A stretch of DNA of 64,000 nucleotides from Vicugna vicugna (Eukaryota). The number at the start of each line of letters is the position of its first letter. The stretch's first letter is position 1. The translations under genes were made by a program, and so were the position numbers. Location of the stretch: contig MU058065.1 in NCBI GenBank assembly GCA_013265495.1, positions 2,519,003 through 2,583,002 of the forward strand, written 5' to 3'. Shown here piece by piece: positions 1-13,875 of this stretch. A model generated the notes under the pieces. It saw only the letters and a program-made list of their open reading frames with translations. It was not told where the DNA came from and ran no database searches.

Positions 1-971
1 GACAAAGACCTAAGTAGACATTTCTCAAAAAAAGGCACACAAATGATCAATAAGCACATGAAAATATGCTCTGCATCTCCAATTATTAGAGAAATGCAAA
101 TCAAAACTGCGACGAGGTATTACCTCACACCAATCAGAATGGCCATCATCAAAAAGTCCACAAATAATAAATGCTGCAGAGGATATGGAGAAAAGGGAAC
201 CCTCCTACACTGTTGGTAAGAATGTAAATTGGTGCAATCACTATGGAGAACAGTATGGAGTTTCCTTAAAAAACTAAAAATAGAGTTACCGTATGATACA
301 GCAATCCTACTCCTGGGCATATATCTGGAGAAAAGTCTAATTGATAAAGATTCATGCACCCCTATGTTCAAAGCAGCATTATTTACAATAGCCAAGACAT
401 GGAAGCAACCTAAGTGTCCACTGACTGATGAATGGATAAAGCAGATGTGTGTGTGTGTGTGTGTGTATATACACACACAGTGGAATACTACTCAGTCATA
501 AAAAGAATGAAATAATGCCATTTGCAGCAGCACAGATGGACCTAGAAATGATCATGCTATGTGAAGGAAGTCAGACAGAGAAAGACAAATATCCTATGAT
601 ATCACTTATATCTGGAATCTAAAATATGATACAGGTGAACTTATTCACAAAACAGAAAGAGACTCACAGATACAGAGAACAAACTTATGGTTACCAAAGG
701 GGGAAACGAGGAGGGCAGGGAGGAAAGGATAAATTAAAGAGTTTGGGATCAGCAGATACAAACTACTATATGTAAAATAGATAAACAAGGACCTACTATA
801 ACACAGAGAACTATATTCAATATCTTGTAATAAACTATATTGGAAAAGAATATGAAAAAGAATGTATATATACATATCTATATATGACTGAATCATTTTG
901 CTGCACACCAGTAACTAACACTTAACTGTACTTCAATAAAAATAAAACATATTAAATAAAAAACAAAAAAA
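1..971 (+). mobile_element. LINE-1 3' end (degenerate ORF2 C-terminus, 3' UTR, A-rich tail); continues beyond window start
   Basis: ORF 229-501 reads [28 protein letters not shown]...[22 protein letters not shown], the L1 ORF2 C-terminus. AATAAA and A-rich tail at about 934-971. Confidence 0.95.
446..479. repeat. (TG)n-ATAT-(AC)n microsatellite inside the L1
   Basis: tgtgtgtgtgtgtgtgtgtgtatatacacacaca. Confidence 0.9.
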
Positions 972-1310
972 GTAACATTTGAGGGCTTACTACATACAAA
1001 TATTTTTAAGTGCTATATAGTCATTATCTCATTCCTCACAGCAGCTCTGCAAGATAAATATTATTATCCTTCTCATATAAATATGGAACTCACAGATACA
1101 GAGAACAAACTTATGGTTACCAAAGGGGAAAACGAGGAGGGCAGGGAGGAAAGGATAAGGATATCAGCTCTGCAAGATAAATATTATTATCCTTCTCATA
1201 TAAATATGGAAATTGAGGCTTACAGAACTTAAGTAACTTGCCCAAGTTACATAGCTAATGGTTGGTGGTAAAATCCAGAATGAGCCCCAGGTAGTCTATT
1301 CCACAGTGCA
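972..1310 (-). mobile_element. MIR SINE, interrupted by a duplication/insertion
   Basis: MIR core in reverse: ggaaattgaggct...ttaagtaacttgcccaagttacatagct. Confidence 0.75.
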
Positions 1311-1399
1311 CTCAGCTACATACCACCCAGATGATCACTGCAGGCATTAGAGTAAGTGGTATCAATCCAGAAGTTTATCTATAATAAGGTGAAAAGGAA

Positions 1400-1950
1400 A
1401 CCCTGAGAGAGGCCTGAGATCCACCAGGACCCCAGGGATGGACAGAGGACGTAGGAACAACTTGTGAAGCAGAAAGGAAATGAGGGTGGCCTGAACAATA
1501 GTGTGACCAGTGCTGACTGGAGGTCAAGTAGGAAATGGCCTGCAGAGTGACTTGGGGTCAGTGATGAAGAGGTTGTCAGTGAGCACGGTGAGACTGCTTT
1601 ATAAAGTGAAACGATGAGAGTGGATGTCAGGTTTCATGGTTTGGGATGTGACTGGGGACAAGAAGAGACAGGAAGCAGAGTCTACTCTTTCTGGAAGTTT
1701 GTCTGTAATGGTGAGAACACAGTGTGGAAGAGGGTGGGGATGTGGGATAAAGGAGGAATATTTCTTTTGAAAAAATTGGCTGGAAATGAGCATGCTGATA
1801 GAGTCATGCGTTGTTAGGATTAAGTTGGGTGTGAAGAAGGAGAGACTCCAGTTAGGGTAGAGAGGGAGCCTGCTGGCAGAAGGATCCTGGAAAAGGGAGA
1901 AAGGGCAGGATCAGTAATAGAGGTAAAAGGATTTACTGTATTTAGGATCC
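1400..1950 (-). mobile_element. Degenerate LINE-2 fragment
   Basis: Purine-rich sequence with reverse-L2-like motifs (gaggtcaagtagga, actctttctggaagtttg). Confidence 0.45.
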
Positions 1951-2319
1951 GGAACAGCTTCTCCAACGTCACAAGAAGGAAGAAGAAATGGCTTGAGGCA
2001 GATGTAAGTATGGTTTATGGAATGGGTTTGGAAAATTCATAGAGCTCTTGTCCGAAGTCACTGATTTTCCCTGAGATTTTCAGGAAATGAGAGGGAGATG
2101 TCGGTGTCAGGATATGAAGCAATGTGGAAGATTAGAATATCCCCTCTGGGAAGACATGTCTAGATGAACTTTCAGGAGGTGTTAGCGTCCAGCTTGTCAA
2201 AATGTCATTAACGAGCATTCCTCATACATGCTGCATGATTTTGCCAGCATAGCATGGTAGTCAGGCTGTAGGACAGGTGGATGGTGAGACTGCACTAAAA
2301 TTCCCAAGTGATTGGTTGC

Positions 2320-2800
2320 TTGTAGCATACTAACTATTCTCCCTTCCTCCTTCTGTACAGAGCTCTGTTTTTGTTTAGGTGACCACTCTCCTTACTCTCT
2401 TCAAGGGAGGCAGGCCCACCTCATACTGATGGAGGAGGCTGGTTCTAATTACTCTAAGCCAGGTATGGTGGTCCCTTATCAATGACTGAATGGGCAAGGT
2501 CATGAGCATGTGATGGAAGTCTAGGCAATGAGGTGGATTCCACAGACAGGAAAATGTTTTCTGGCTTCTACAAAGAGAGAGAAGGAAGAGATGGTCAGTT
2601 TTCTACCTTGGGATGCTGTCCTGCCTGCGGTGATGCTTGCTGAAATGGCCTGAAGGCAAGACATATAAGGATGCAGGGCTGAAAGATAGAACTTGTTGTT
2701 TGTTAACATAATTGAAGCAGTGGCCTTCTTGTTATGTGAGATAATTACCTTATTGCTTATGTCATTTTGAATAGGTGTTTAGCTGTTTGAATCTGATACA
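2320..2800. mobile_element. Old MaLR (MLT1-like) LTR relic
   Basis: TG...CA ends and MLT1-like motifs (catgtgatggaagtctaggcaatgag, ttcttgttatgtgagataat). Confidence 0.5.
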
Positions 2801-3959
2801 CTAGATGAACACGTTGGAAAGACAGTGGCACAAAAGGCATTGAGGATGTTGGCTAGACCCTGCTTCAGGTGACGGACCCTGACGTCTAAGATGAAGACGA
2901 AAGGAAATGGTGACAGAAGAGGGCTAATTCAGAGAGAAAGTAAGGACTCCTGCCCTGAAAGTCACAAAGAAGTAAAAAATAATAATAATAATGTGTTAGG
3001 AGTTGAACAAGAAAGATGCAGAAACTGGAGAGAGGAGAAGAACTAATCTTACTCACATACTTTGGGATTCTCCTAACATTGTCATATTTGAAGATCCATT
3101 TGGTTCTTTATTTCAGTAGCTGAGCATCCCCACAAAGGAATTAATATGGAATACTGTCAGCAGAAGTGGGAGAGGCAAGAGTGTCTTGTCACCTTTCATA
3201 TGTTTTTGAAATAAAGAAGATAACGGTATATTTTAGAAAACGTTTGTGAGGATATGAGCTTTTAGTAGGGAGCTACAAACTGCATTTTTCCCACTCAGAC
3301 TCCATGCCAATTGCAAAAGATGGTAATTAACAAGACACACTACTGTCCATTCACATACTTAACAGACCAAGCTTGACTCACAGAAGCTACAAAACAGAGT
3401 AGCTGCTGTGGAGCAGTGGATTTTTATGTGGGGCATTTACTTTCAATGGAAAAATATGTGCTATGGCATTCATAGTCTAATTGCCTGACCGCTCCTGCCT
3501 TGCCCATTTCTTTCACTGATGCCATTTTTATAAAAAGTTATTCTTCTGGAAATACTACCCAATATTTTATTCATACTGTACGTGTAACAAGGAATGCTGA
3601 ATTCTGAGGGAAGTTGTGTTCCTAGGGAGGGTCCTGTAACTATATCTTGTGACATATAGAAGCATTTCCACTTTCCAGCTGTTGTCCGGCTTTCTTCTTC
3701 TAATTGGTCCATTTCACACCCCATTTCTTCCTCCAGCCTTTTCTGATTTGTAAGATAAAAGCCCTCACTACACTCTTTTGGAGTATCTTGGAGTCTTCTC
3801 TGTGGAACATTGTGAAGACATTCTAGCCTTCTTCCTTTTTAATCACCTTTCACTTTTTATTTCCAGAAGATTCATGCCCTTACTGTCCAAAACTCTGTAT
3901 TATGCAACCTACCCAGTGTTCTCACCTGCCTTCTGTCCTTCAAGAATTCAATTATCTGG

Positions 3960-4080
3960 CCAAACTAGTATATACAAAATAGATAAACAACAAGGTCCTG
4001 CTGTATAGCAAAGAGAGCTATATTCAATGTCTTGTAATAAACCATAATGGAAAAGAATGTGAAAAAGAATATATATATTC
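3960..4080 (+). mobile_element. LINE-1 3' UTR fragment
   Basis: Similar to 760-870 of the first L1 (aaaatagataaacaa...ctatattcaat.tcttgtaataaac). Confidence 0.85.
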
Positions 4081-4647
4081 ACACAACAAATATTTGGGCT
4101 GGGGAGATAGTTTAGTGCTCATTGACCCCACAAGGTAGATGACAACTGACATGGCTTATTTTGTTCTAAGTAAAGTCTAATTCCAGGCAAAAGCAGATAT
4201 TTAATTTTTAAAAAGTTAAAAAAAATTTTTTTTCATTTAGAAGCTATATCAGTTAGGATAAGCTATGCAATGCAGCAGTAACAAATAAAGATATTATAGC
4301 TTTATTTCTCAATCAATGACCATTGTGTAGGAAGTCTCTGCTAATCATAGTCACTCAAAGACTATAAATGACAGAAACACTACGCCAACATCACGTGATC
4401 CCAGGTTCCAGGCTCACCCTAGTTAGGGGAAGAGAATTAAGTATAGCAGGGGTCAGGCTCTTTTTGTTGGCCAGATAAAGTCTCATGGCTGTGCTTAACT
4501 TCAAAGGAGATGAAGGGGTGCCATGCTCTGTGGGCTCAGAAAGCAGAGAGACAGAAATATTTAATGAGCAGAACTAATAACCTCTACAGAAGAAATGCAT
4601 ACTCCTTGAAGAAAATTAAAAAGACAAAAAAATAAGTAAAAACAAGT

Positions 4648-4995
4648 TGTTTTAGTCTCCTCAGGCTTCAATAACTAAACACCAGAGACTGGATGGCTTA
4701 GACAACAGAAATTTATTTTCTCACAATTCTGGATTCTGACAAGTCAAAGATCAAGTGACGGGCTCATTTGGTTCCTGGTGAGAACTCTCCTCCTGACTTG
4801 TAGATGGCCATCTTCTTGCCATGTTCACACATAGTCTTTCTTTAGTGTGTGTATGAGACGAGGAAGGGGGAGAGAGCGCTCCTGAGTTTCTTCCAATAAG
4901 GATATTAGTCCTATCAAATTAATACCGCCACCCTTATGACCTCATTTAAAATTAATTACCTCCTAAAAACCTTATCTCCAAACAGAGTCACACGA
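4648..4995. mobile_element. ERVL-MaLR LTR (MLT1A/B/C-like)
   Basis: Hallmark acaacagaaatttattttctcacaattctgga and cccttatgacctcatttaa. Confidence 0.8.
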
Positions 4996-4996
4996 G

Positions 4997-5485
4997 CCAT
5001 TATTTATAATAGCCAAGGTGTTGAAATGACCTAATGTCCACCAATGAGCAAACAGATAAAGAAATGGTAGTATATATATACACGATGTAATATTCAGCCA
5101 TAAGAAAGAGTGAGATCTTGCCATTTGTGTGCAACACATGGATGGACCTTGAGGGCGTTATGCTAAGTGAAATAAATCAGACAGAGAAAGACAAATACTG
5201 CATGGCTTCTCTGGTATGTGGAATCTAAAAACAGACAAGCTCATAGATACAGAGGACAGATTGATGGATGCCAAAGTTGGGGGAAGTGAGTAAATTGCCT
5301 TTTTTTTAGTTTAAATAAATTGAATAAAAAGTAAATATGTAAGGTGATAGACATGTTAATTAGCTCAAAGTTGGGGATCCTTCCACAATATGTATGTATA
5401 TCGAATCATTATAATGTGTACTTTAAATAGATTACATTTTTATTTTCAATTGTACTTCAATAAATCTGAAGGAAAAAAAAAGAGA
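4997..5485 (+). mobile_element. Older LINE-1 3' end (L1MA-like)
   Basis: atggatggaccttgagggcgttatgctaagtgaaataaatcagacagagaaagacaaatac; ends ttcaataaa plus A tail. Confidence 0.85.
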
Positions 5486-6689
5486 AAGAGAGAATTCAAG
5501 GTCAAATGTGAAGCTTGAAAAGAAACTGATTTCCCAGACATCTTATCAGCCCTGGGTCCCCACAGAATAAAGTGTAAATCACTTTAAGGACCCTGGTACA
5601 ATTAGCACAGGAAACCACTTGAAATCTTATCATCCAAAGAAAAAATTGCTTAATATGTTGGTAAAATAGTCTTTGGGATTTTTCTACATAAAAAATTTTA
5701 AAAACCTAGTTGCAGCCCTAATATCTTGGATTATGGAAAGCTAAGATTTTTCTGCAAAAGGAAAATAAGTTGCTAAATCTAATTTAATTACTGCACTAAA
5801 CATTTTCCCCCCAATTGTAGCACTCTCTTTTGACATGGGAAATGTTTTGTTTCTCCTCTAAGCCTTAGAAATATGGCTGTCTTCTGCTGTAAAAAGGAAA
5901 AAGGAAATAAAGAATTCAAAGCAAAAGAATTTACAGAAGGATAGAGAAAGAAAATATGGTTTCATAAGAACCCCAAATGACGCTGTTGATCCCAATGTAG
6001 TGTGACAAGTGAAAGATAATTTCCATGACTGATTTAGGCAGGCATTTTTTTAAGCAAAGGGGCCTTCTCATCAACTCAACACCCTCTATACCTGTGTTTC
6101 ATGATTTCCCACCTCATAGCTAATCAGACTGGAAGATGGATTATTTCTCCAGAGTGTCTTGCGGGGATTTGTAAAAAGATGATACATCTGGAGGTTGTTT
6201 GGATTTTTTTTGTCGACACTTCTGTTCTTCCTGTGCGAAGGCATAATGGGGACAGAAGGAGTGGGCACAGATGATCCTATGCTATTAAGTAGTTTCAGTT
6301 TCTTCTCAGAAATATGAACTGCTACTCCTCAGTCATCACACACATCCTTGCACCGGGTGGACAATTTTTCACCTCCAACAACAGCTCACTCTACATTTTT
6401 GCCAGATGTGGATAGTTTGAAGAAGGCCAGTCACTCCTTTCTCTCCCATGGGTTCTAACCAATCAAGGGAAGGCACAGAGAACCAACCATGTGGGGATTA
6501 AAATGCAGGACCAGCTTTTTGAATGATAAAGCCTGTTTGAAGAATTCCACAGAGCCTCCTCTGTCTTAAAATTAGGGTTTCAGAGTCATAGGACTCTGAC
6601 TTCCTCATCTGGTTGCAAAAGGAGGAATTAGAAAGGAGAATGCTAACTGCTGGCTGGGCCACTGAGTCAGCTGATTGTACCATGGTTGA

Positions 6690-7440
6690 TATTACAGGGG
6701 CTTATCAGCATTTCCTGTCCTCTATCTCTTCCTTAGCACATGAATGAGAATAATTCTCAGCCCTCTTTGAAGTTAGGCAGAGCTATATGGCTTGCTCTGA
6801 CCAAAAGGCTGCAACAGGAATTGAAATGTGTCACTTCTGGGCTCCAGGCCAAAACCCCATGTGTGATAGGTCAGCCCAGACAGAAGCAATTACAAAGGTT
6901 TTACCCAGCAAGCCTGGAGGATGAGGGGGAGCTGGTCTCCTCACACCAGACTTGGTGCACAGCAGTGTCTGGAGGAAGTTGTCTTCAAGGACTAGTGCCC
7001 CCCAACCCCCAGCTGGTCTGTTCTTAAACATACCTGCATTCCTAGACTCAGCACCTCCATTTGGAGGCTTCCAAAAAGAGTGGGGGTGTCAAGACACTTC
7101 TATCTACTCTGACTCAATCATTTTCCAATTCTAGCCCTTCCTTCTCTTAGTTCTTCCAGCCCCTGAAGCCAGAAAATAGCAAGAGCCTTTTGTTCTAGGA
7201 TCTTCTCCATGTGGGACAACTCTGAAGGGTGCCCCTACTCTGAAGCTCCCCGCAGGACAGGCTGAGCCCTCAGGTACAATAGAGTTGCAGGCAGCTTCAC
7301 CACTGCCCATGCCCGGCTCCCCCATGTTCTTACAGGTTGATCTCCTGAGAACATTTCTCCGTAAACCTTCTGCATATGTTTCTTCAACTTAAAGTCTAGT
7401 CCCAAGGAACCCAATGTTAGGCAATTCCTTTGTGAAAAGT
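6690..7440. mobile_element. Degenerate LTR relics (MLT1/LTR16/LTR33-like, possibly nested)
   Basis: cagccctctttgaagttaggcagagctatatgg...tgtgtcacttctggg and cctgagaacatttctcc.taaac...tgcat motifs. Confidence 0.5.
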
Positions 7441-8625
7441 TAAAGGGGAGAATATATTTTCTCCCAAGACCCGCAATTTCCTGCTTAGAACTTAGGAAAG
7501 GAAATGAACACAGGCGATGAATGCCCAACATGTGCTTTGCAAAGCTATCATTATTTTTTAAAATGTGATTCTCACACCCGAGTATGGAAACCAGGCTTAA
7601 GGAGGTGAAGTGAATGGTCCAAAGTCATTCTCTAACGTTCTGATTGCAAAGCTGAGGCTTTTTCCACTATTACTTGTTGACAAAAGCCAGAATTAGATGC
7701 AGGAAACTCGGACAAGAAATCTAAATAGATGTGGAAACACTACCAGAGTGCTAGGCAGAGCACAGGTCTCTCTGGGGGGTGTTCAGCATGTAACTGAGTT
7801 TATCTCTACAGTGAGCACAGTCGATGAAGATGACATATTGCACTGGGCATGCTCACCATTCATTTTAAAGGAACTGGTTTTACCTGCTCCTTACACTCAG
7901 CAATCTTGCCTTTCCCTCTTCTTTGCTGCCCTCTCCCCCTTGCCCCTCCCCACCAATTGTGTTTTTGTTTTTGTTTTTCTCACATAAACGTGATTCAGAA
8001 AGCGTTAAGAGACATGAACCCTCCCTCCAAAAAGACTGACCTTATTTTTCTTCTATCTAATTTGAAGAGTTTTTCCAAAAGAAAATGTACTGGATTCAAA
8101 TTCTCATCAATATGGCTCTGGAAGAGATGACTGCCTGGCTCCAAAATAGTGTTTTGTGCTAAAACCTCTGTTAACCAGAATACCCAGAGTGTGGAGTATT
8201 CTGTTTACTCAACTTTATTTTAATTTGTTACTAAAATCTTTCTTACATGCATGTGGATGGAAGTGTGAGTCTACTTTTCTGCTTTAGTTTTAATATAGCA
8301 CCATGATTCAGATTAAATCTTTCTTTGGTGGTTTACAGCCTTATCTCAAAGTAATCTTTTTTTAAATAGAAGAATCCTGTAAACGTAGATGGCAAAGAAA
8401 ACTGAGATAAATATATACCAACTGCTAGATAGTCCCTGCAATCTATTTTAAAGAGATCTTTAATGTCATCTTTAATTGTTACTTTTCTTTAAAAATAGCA
8501 TTTGAGAAACAAAACAAAATTTGCTTAGTGAAAAGTTCTAATTTGTTATGGTCTAGTGAACTGATGTTTTACTGAACAGATTAAAAGCAATCTAAATTAC
8601 ATTTTTTAGATGACTGGGGATATTA

Positions 8626-8655
8626 AAAACAAAACAAAACAAAACAAAACAAAAC
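8626..8655. repeat. (AAAAC)n microsatellite
   Basis: About six AAAAC units. Confidence 0.95.
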
Positions 8656-9824
8656 ATGCTCCAAACGGAGCTGACTGAAGGTTTGGGTACCCCCCCCACC
8701 TTTTTAAAAAATATGCAGATACATTTTTAACTTCTTAATTGAAAATGTTTGATAAGCCTGTTTTCATAGAACTATAACTTCTGGTGCATCTCTCTGGTTA
8801 ATTATTGTGCTTGCTTTTTTTTTTTTTTTAATTGGCTTTTATCGATTTCCTTTGGACACATGCAGGGCTGTTCAATCTCAATGCAGGAAGTGCTGTGTCC
8901 CCCTTTGGTAAGCTCCATTTCATGTTCAAGAAATTTTCTTTTGGGAGTTGCCTGTGGAGCTCCTACAAAGAAAGAACAAGACGGAAGAAAATGACAGATG
9001 TTATCAATGTCAAGGAGAAACTCTGACTCTATTAATATTTAATAGAGGCCAAAGTGATAATATGGAACGTTTATTCTTTTAACTTCAAGTCCTTTGCATT
9101 TTTTAAAACAAAGAAATGAACACTTTTAATTAGATACACAGCTTATAGAAAAGGTAAAATAATGGATAAAAGAAAGATCTATGAGAAGAGATGGAAGGTA
9201 TGACTTGTTTGAAAAACAAAAGTAAATTTAAATTAAAAAGGACAAGTCTGAGCACCCTAGATTTTTACCACAGGTAGCCTGGACCACCCCGACTTGATTT
9301 ATCTTCAGTAGCCTTATTCTCATTTTATTTTAGGGATTTCTTTTGAGACCATTTGGGCTTTCTCAGTGAAGTGTTCTTAGACCTAGCCTCCAACCTCATT
9401 GAAAGAGCTGGAACCTGCTGGCCCTCTGGCAGCCCTCTCAGCCACTTTGGCCACCACTGAAAAGTAACTGTTTTGCATCTGAATGCCCTTAGGCAGGGAA
9501 GGCCAGTGACATTTGACCACACTTGTCAAAACTGCTTTCTCTGTGAGAACCCAGAGACTTGAACTGGAGCCCTCTGTTTCCCAGTATGAGATAAGCTATT
9601 TCTGGCACATCTATATGGTATATTAGAGGTGGAAAAGATCTCGTCAGTGACTCGTGTGTTGGGATATATAGGGGAATTTGGTGAAAGGAAATGAAATGCC
9701 AGAGCTGTTTAGAAACTCGGGTTGCCTGAGGAAGAGACTCATCCCCCATGTAGCTTCCATTCCTAAGACTCTACACATAGTCGTCACTCAGTGGACACGT
9801 ATGTTGGTGTCACGGTGCACATGC

Positions 9825-10040
9825 AGTGCATCACAGTGGTTAAGAGTGTAGATTCTTGTGCCAGATTGCCTGGTTCAAACCTCGTCCCGTCACCTGCTGT
9901 GTGTGTAATCTTCCTGATGTGACAAATGGGAGTAATAGCTGTATCTGCCTCAAAGTCTCTTTGCAAATCCTGTCTGAGTTAACATATAAAACTCTTAGAA
10001 TAGTTTCTGGCACTCAGTTAAGTGCTAAGTGTTGACTATT
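9825..10040 (+). mobile_element. MIR SINE
   Basis: agtggttaagagtgtagatt...ccagattgcctggttcaaacct; ends tctggcactcagttaagtgct. Confidence 0.75.
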
Positions 10041-11209
10041 TTTATTCATTCATCCATTCATTCATTTATCAAGCCTTAAAAGAACATTTTCCGTGTTCTA
10101 GGCACTGTAGTAGGTCCTGAATATCCAACTGTGGGCAAGACTTTGTGCCGTTCTTTAAGGAACTAACAAGCCCGCAGTGTGGGTGCTCTTATGGTAAAAA
10201 AGCTCCTAAAAGCTAGCTTTCAGCCCTGGAATGGGAGTCTCATCTCTTCATATTGGGGATCATTTTTTGAAAAAACTCCTGCAAATAAATCAGTAAAATT
10301 GGCAAACATGTTTGTTTTAGCAATGAAATGCATTTTTCTGTGTGTCTGGTAAGACAGTTGAAATTGAAGTCTTTTGAGAAAACCATCTGAAAACTCAGTG
10401 CACATACTGATTGGATAAAGCACCTCTTTCTAGGGAACATGGCCTCTCTCATACTGGAAGCGTGAAGAATCATGAGTGCCTAGTGGTTTTTTTTCTTTTT
10501 AATATATCCCTTCTTTAGGGCAAAGCTGAAATGCTCATAATTCCTGGTTGTCTTATTAAGTTAGGAAATGTGAGGTGGAGCAGGGGAAGTGATTATCAAG
10601 ACCGCAGGGCCTGAGCTCCTTGTTACTTCATACAGCAGACAGTATGTTCCCCTACCCCAGCATGGTGCTTGGTGCACACAGGTCACATGACTCCAGACAG
10701 GCCAGTCACGGCTAATGGGATTCAATCCTGGAAACTGGTTTGTGTTATCAGGAAAGAAATGGGACTGCGGAGCTATTGGATGGCTCCTGGTACCCATGCT
10801 GTGTGAGTCCTGAATTAAGCCACACTCGAAACCTCAGGACTGGTCTGTTCTATGTCAACATATTCCCTCTCTGTAAGCTTATTAGGGTTGGGTTTGATAT
10901 CTTTGTAACCAACTTTGACAGTCTCTCTGAACTTAATAGGTTTAAACAAATGTTTTAAAAGTAAACATGTGGTGACCTGAGTATAGAATTCTATCTGCAA
11001 ACAGCGGGATTTATTTGCAAACAGCTGGATGTTTGCATGAGAGTAATTTGAACCATTGGCTTTGACTTGAGATAAGAAGAAATAAAGCTTTCCCCATGTT
11101 TGGGCCTACTGCACCAAAAACTTGACTAGTCCTGAAGGTGAAGCAAGAATTTCAACTTGGGAGTATACAATGTGGCATTGTAAGACATTCTCTTATGGGA
11201 GCAACATGC

Positions 11210-11400
11210 CGTGACCATTATGGATTGGCATGGTGGACCCTGGAGACAGATTGCCTGGATGTGAATCTTGTTTGTCCACTTATTAGTTGTTAAGACCTTG
11301 AACAAATTATTTTTCTGTGCCTCACTTTTCTCCTTTATAAAAAGGGATAATAATAACACCTACTCATAGGAGTTTTTATAAACCATATTTGCAAAAATAT
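11210..11400 (+). mobile_element. MIR SINE
   Basis: gaccttgaacaaattatt...tgtgcctcacttttctcctttataaaaagggataataata. Confidence 0.75.
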
Positions 11401-13634
11401 AATAGATCCCATATAATTTTTTTAAATTACAGATACATATATGGTAAAAAGTAGACCTACAAATTGGGGAGAAATTTGACACTGTGTGCCCTGAAATAGA
11501 ACATACAGCAGTGGGCCCAACGTTCTGTGTGACTCTGACTCCTCCTGCAGACCGCCTGGGCTGCCGAGATCACCAAACTCTGGTTCCTGTGATGAACAGT
11601 GATGGATTCAAGAGCCTGATCAACTCACATCACTACATTTCTGGAATCTTAGGCCCACATTTTGCAAGGTGTGCTTGCTGTTTCATGACTCAGAGGGGAA
11701 AAACTCAGTTGAGACTAGTGGTCATTTTCACCTGGGCCAGTCTTGGTGACCTGATTTGGCTCAAAAGGAATACAGTCAATGCTCAAAGAAAGCTTGACAA
11801 GAATATTTTAGTAAGTACTTAAATATTTTTTGGGGGGGCTTAATGCTTCTTCATGTGACTTGAAGAATAAGCAGATGTTTTCATCACCACATGCACTTTT
11901 TCAACACGTTTTGAAATATTTCATTCATTCCAAGATCCTGGAACCCATTTGGCATTTATAGTTAGGTTCACTTATCTTTATCTTAACCTGGGTCATTTTC
12001 CCTTGTGGATAGCAGATCCTATTTTGTTTTAACCATTGAAAGGGAACAATGCATTGTCGACAAGAGAAAGCAGCCTGAAACTATTTTCAACAGTGTTGCT
12101 TTGTTTCTGTATCAAAGGCAAAGTAAACAACATTCAACAGGCACAGTGTCAAAAGCATCTAGTAAGATCAAGTTCTTTTTGTGCAGCATATTGTTTTGAA
12201 CCCTTTTTATAAAATGCACACATACAAGCAAATGCATCTGCAGTTGGGTTTTTGTGTTAGACTTGTAAAATCCATACTTATATTTAAAAGAGCTATCAAT
12301 ATATAGACTGAGAAACTGTCAGGCAAAATAGAAATAGATAATATGTTTTTATTGTTAATAAATGATTTCAGATGTTGAGTCAATTATTCTCTCAGCCAAA
12401 TTGGCTAGTTTTAGCTTTTTCTGGTTACGTAGATTCTGGTTACGTAGGTTTCTCCGTCTTCATTTTGTCCTCCTATCCAGAGAAGTTGGAAGGCTAAAAA
12501 ATGTGACATTATCCTGACTCTTTTTCGGTTAGGGTACTGAATGCTGAATAGATTCAGTTATTTAATGAACTTTCGTGAAATCTGAAAGGCAGAAGGATGA
12601 GACGTGTCATTTTTCAGCAGACGTGCAGATGGACAGTTAGGCTCCCACAGAAATAAATTTTAGCAATAGCTGGGTTCCACATCTCACTCTGGCCACTAGC
12701 TTTGTGGATGAGAGTGGCTTGGAAATTAGCAGCAGTGGTGACGCCTGTAGCAACTCCTGCCCTCTGCATCACATTTATAATGACGTGAACTTGGAGCTAA
12801 TCTCCTCCAGTTTTTAAACTGATTTTTTCAAGCACTTAATCTTTTGTATTATTCCTTGTAGTAATTTCTGTCTTTTGCACTGAATCTTGACTATAATAAA
12901 CATCAACTCATGTCCATACCTATGTGCGGTTGACTGCAATATGCTTAATTTGTTATTCTAATCTTGGCATCTTTATATGAATGTCACCTGCCCAGCCATT
13001 CAAAATGCTATGAAGAGGGCTCTACCCTCATGACCTAATTAATTCCCAAAGGCCCCGCTTCCAAATACCGTCACACTGGGGACTAGGTTTCAACATTAAT
13101 TGAATTTTGAGGGGACATGAACAGATAAGAAAAGGTCACATCTTCTTAGGAGACTTTCTTCTTTAAAAGTTTATGTTTCCACCGTCATCATCCTCATTAT
13201 CATTGAATTATTAGGACTTTGAAATAAAGGAAAATCATCCACAGGACCACGCTGTTTGTGGCTTTGAACATTAAAATATGAACAGGGGTGCTCAGACAGT
13301 CATGTTGATCAAGTGCTACCAAACGTGACAGGTGGCACAGAGTGATTATGTAATGAATACACATGGGTAGCACAAATAATTTAAGCCAGCACGAAAGAGT
13401 GAATATAACAATTCACCATTCTTGTCGTACCTTACAGGAGAGAGTTTGAAGGAAGTAAATAACCAGTCAGAATTGCACACAAGCAGCATCTTTGAGTTCA
13501 GGGCCAGGAAAGAACTTTGTCTACTCACTGTCCTAGCAGGATAGGAAATTAGGGCTAGAGGCTGAAGATATTCCTGTGCCTTGGTCAGAGCTGTCATGCC
13601 ACCAAGCCAAGGACATAGGCCCTCCAGGGCTGGG

Positions 13635-13875
13635 GAAGCAGAATGGTGTAGAGGCTCCAAGGCTAGACTGTTTGGATCAGGCCCTGGCTCCATCACTCAC
13701 TATCTGTGTGGCCTAGGACTAGTTCTTGACCTCTTTGGGTCTCAGTTCTTCAACTGTATAATGAGGATAATATTCATATTTATTATAAAGGGTAATTGTG
13801 AGGACTGCATGAGTCAGTCAAATAGAGGGCTTAACAGTGCCTGGCATATGTTAAGGGCTCAAAAATATTAGTTAT
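13635..13875 (+). mobile_element. MIR SINE
   Basis: tctcagttcttcaactgtataatgaggataat...ttaacagtgcctggcatatg. Confidence 0.8.

Noticed and set aside
120..908. ORFs 120-476 (-), 229-501 (+) and 645-908 (-)
   Set aside because: Sense and antisense readings of a decayed L1 3' end, not host genes.
5780..5790. TAATTTAATTA PHOX2-type palindrome
   Set aside because: All-AT motif in AT-rich sequence 38 kb from the gene, with no supporting context.
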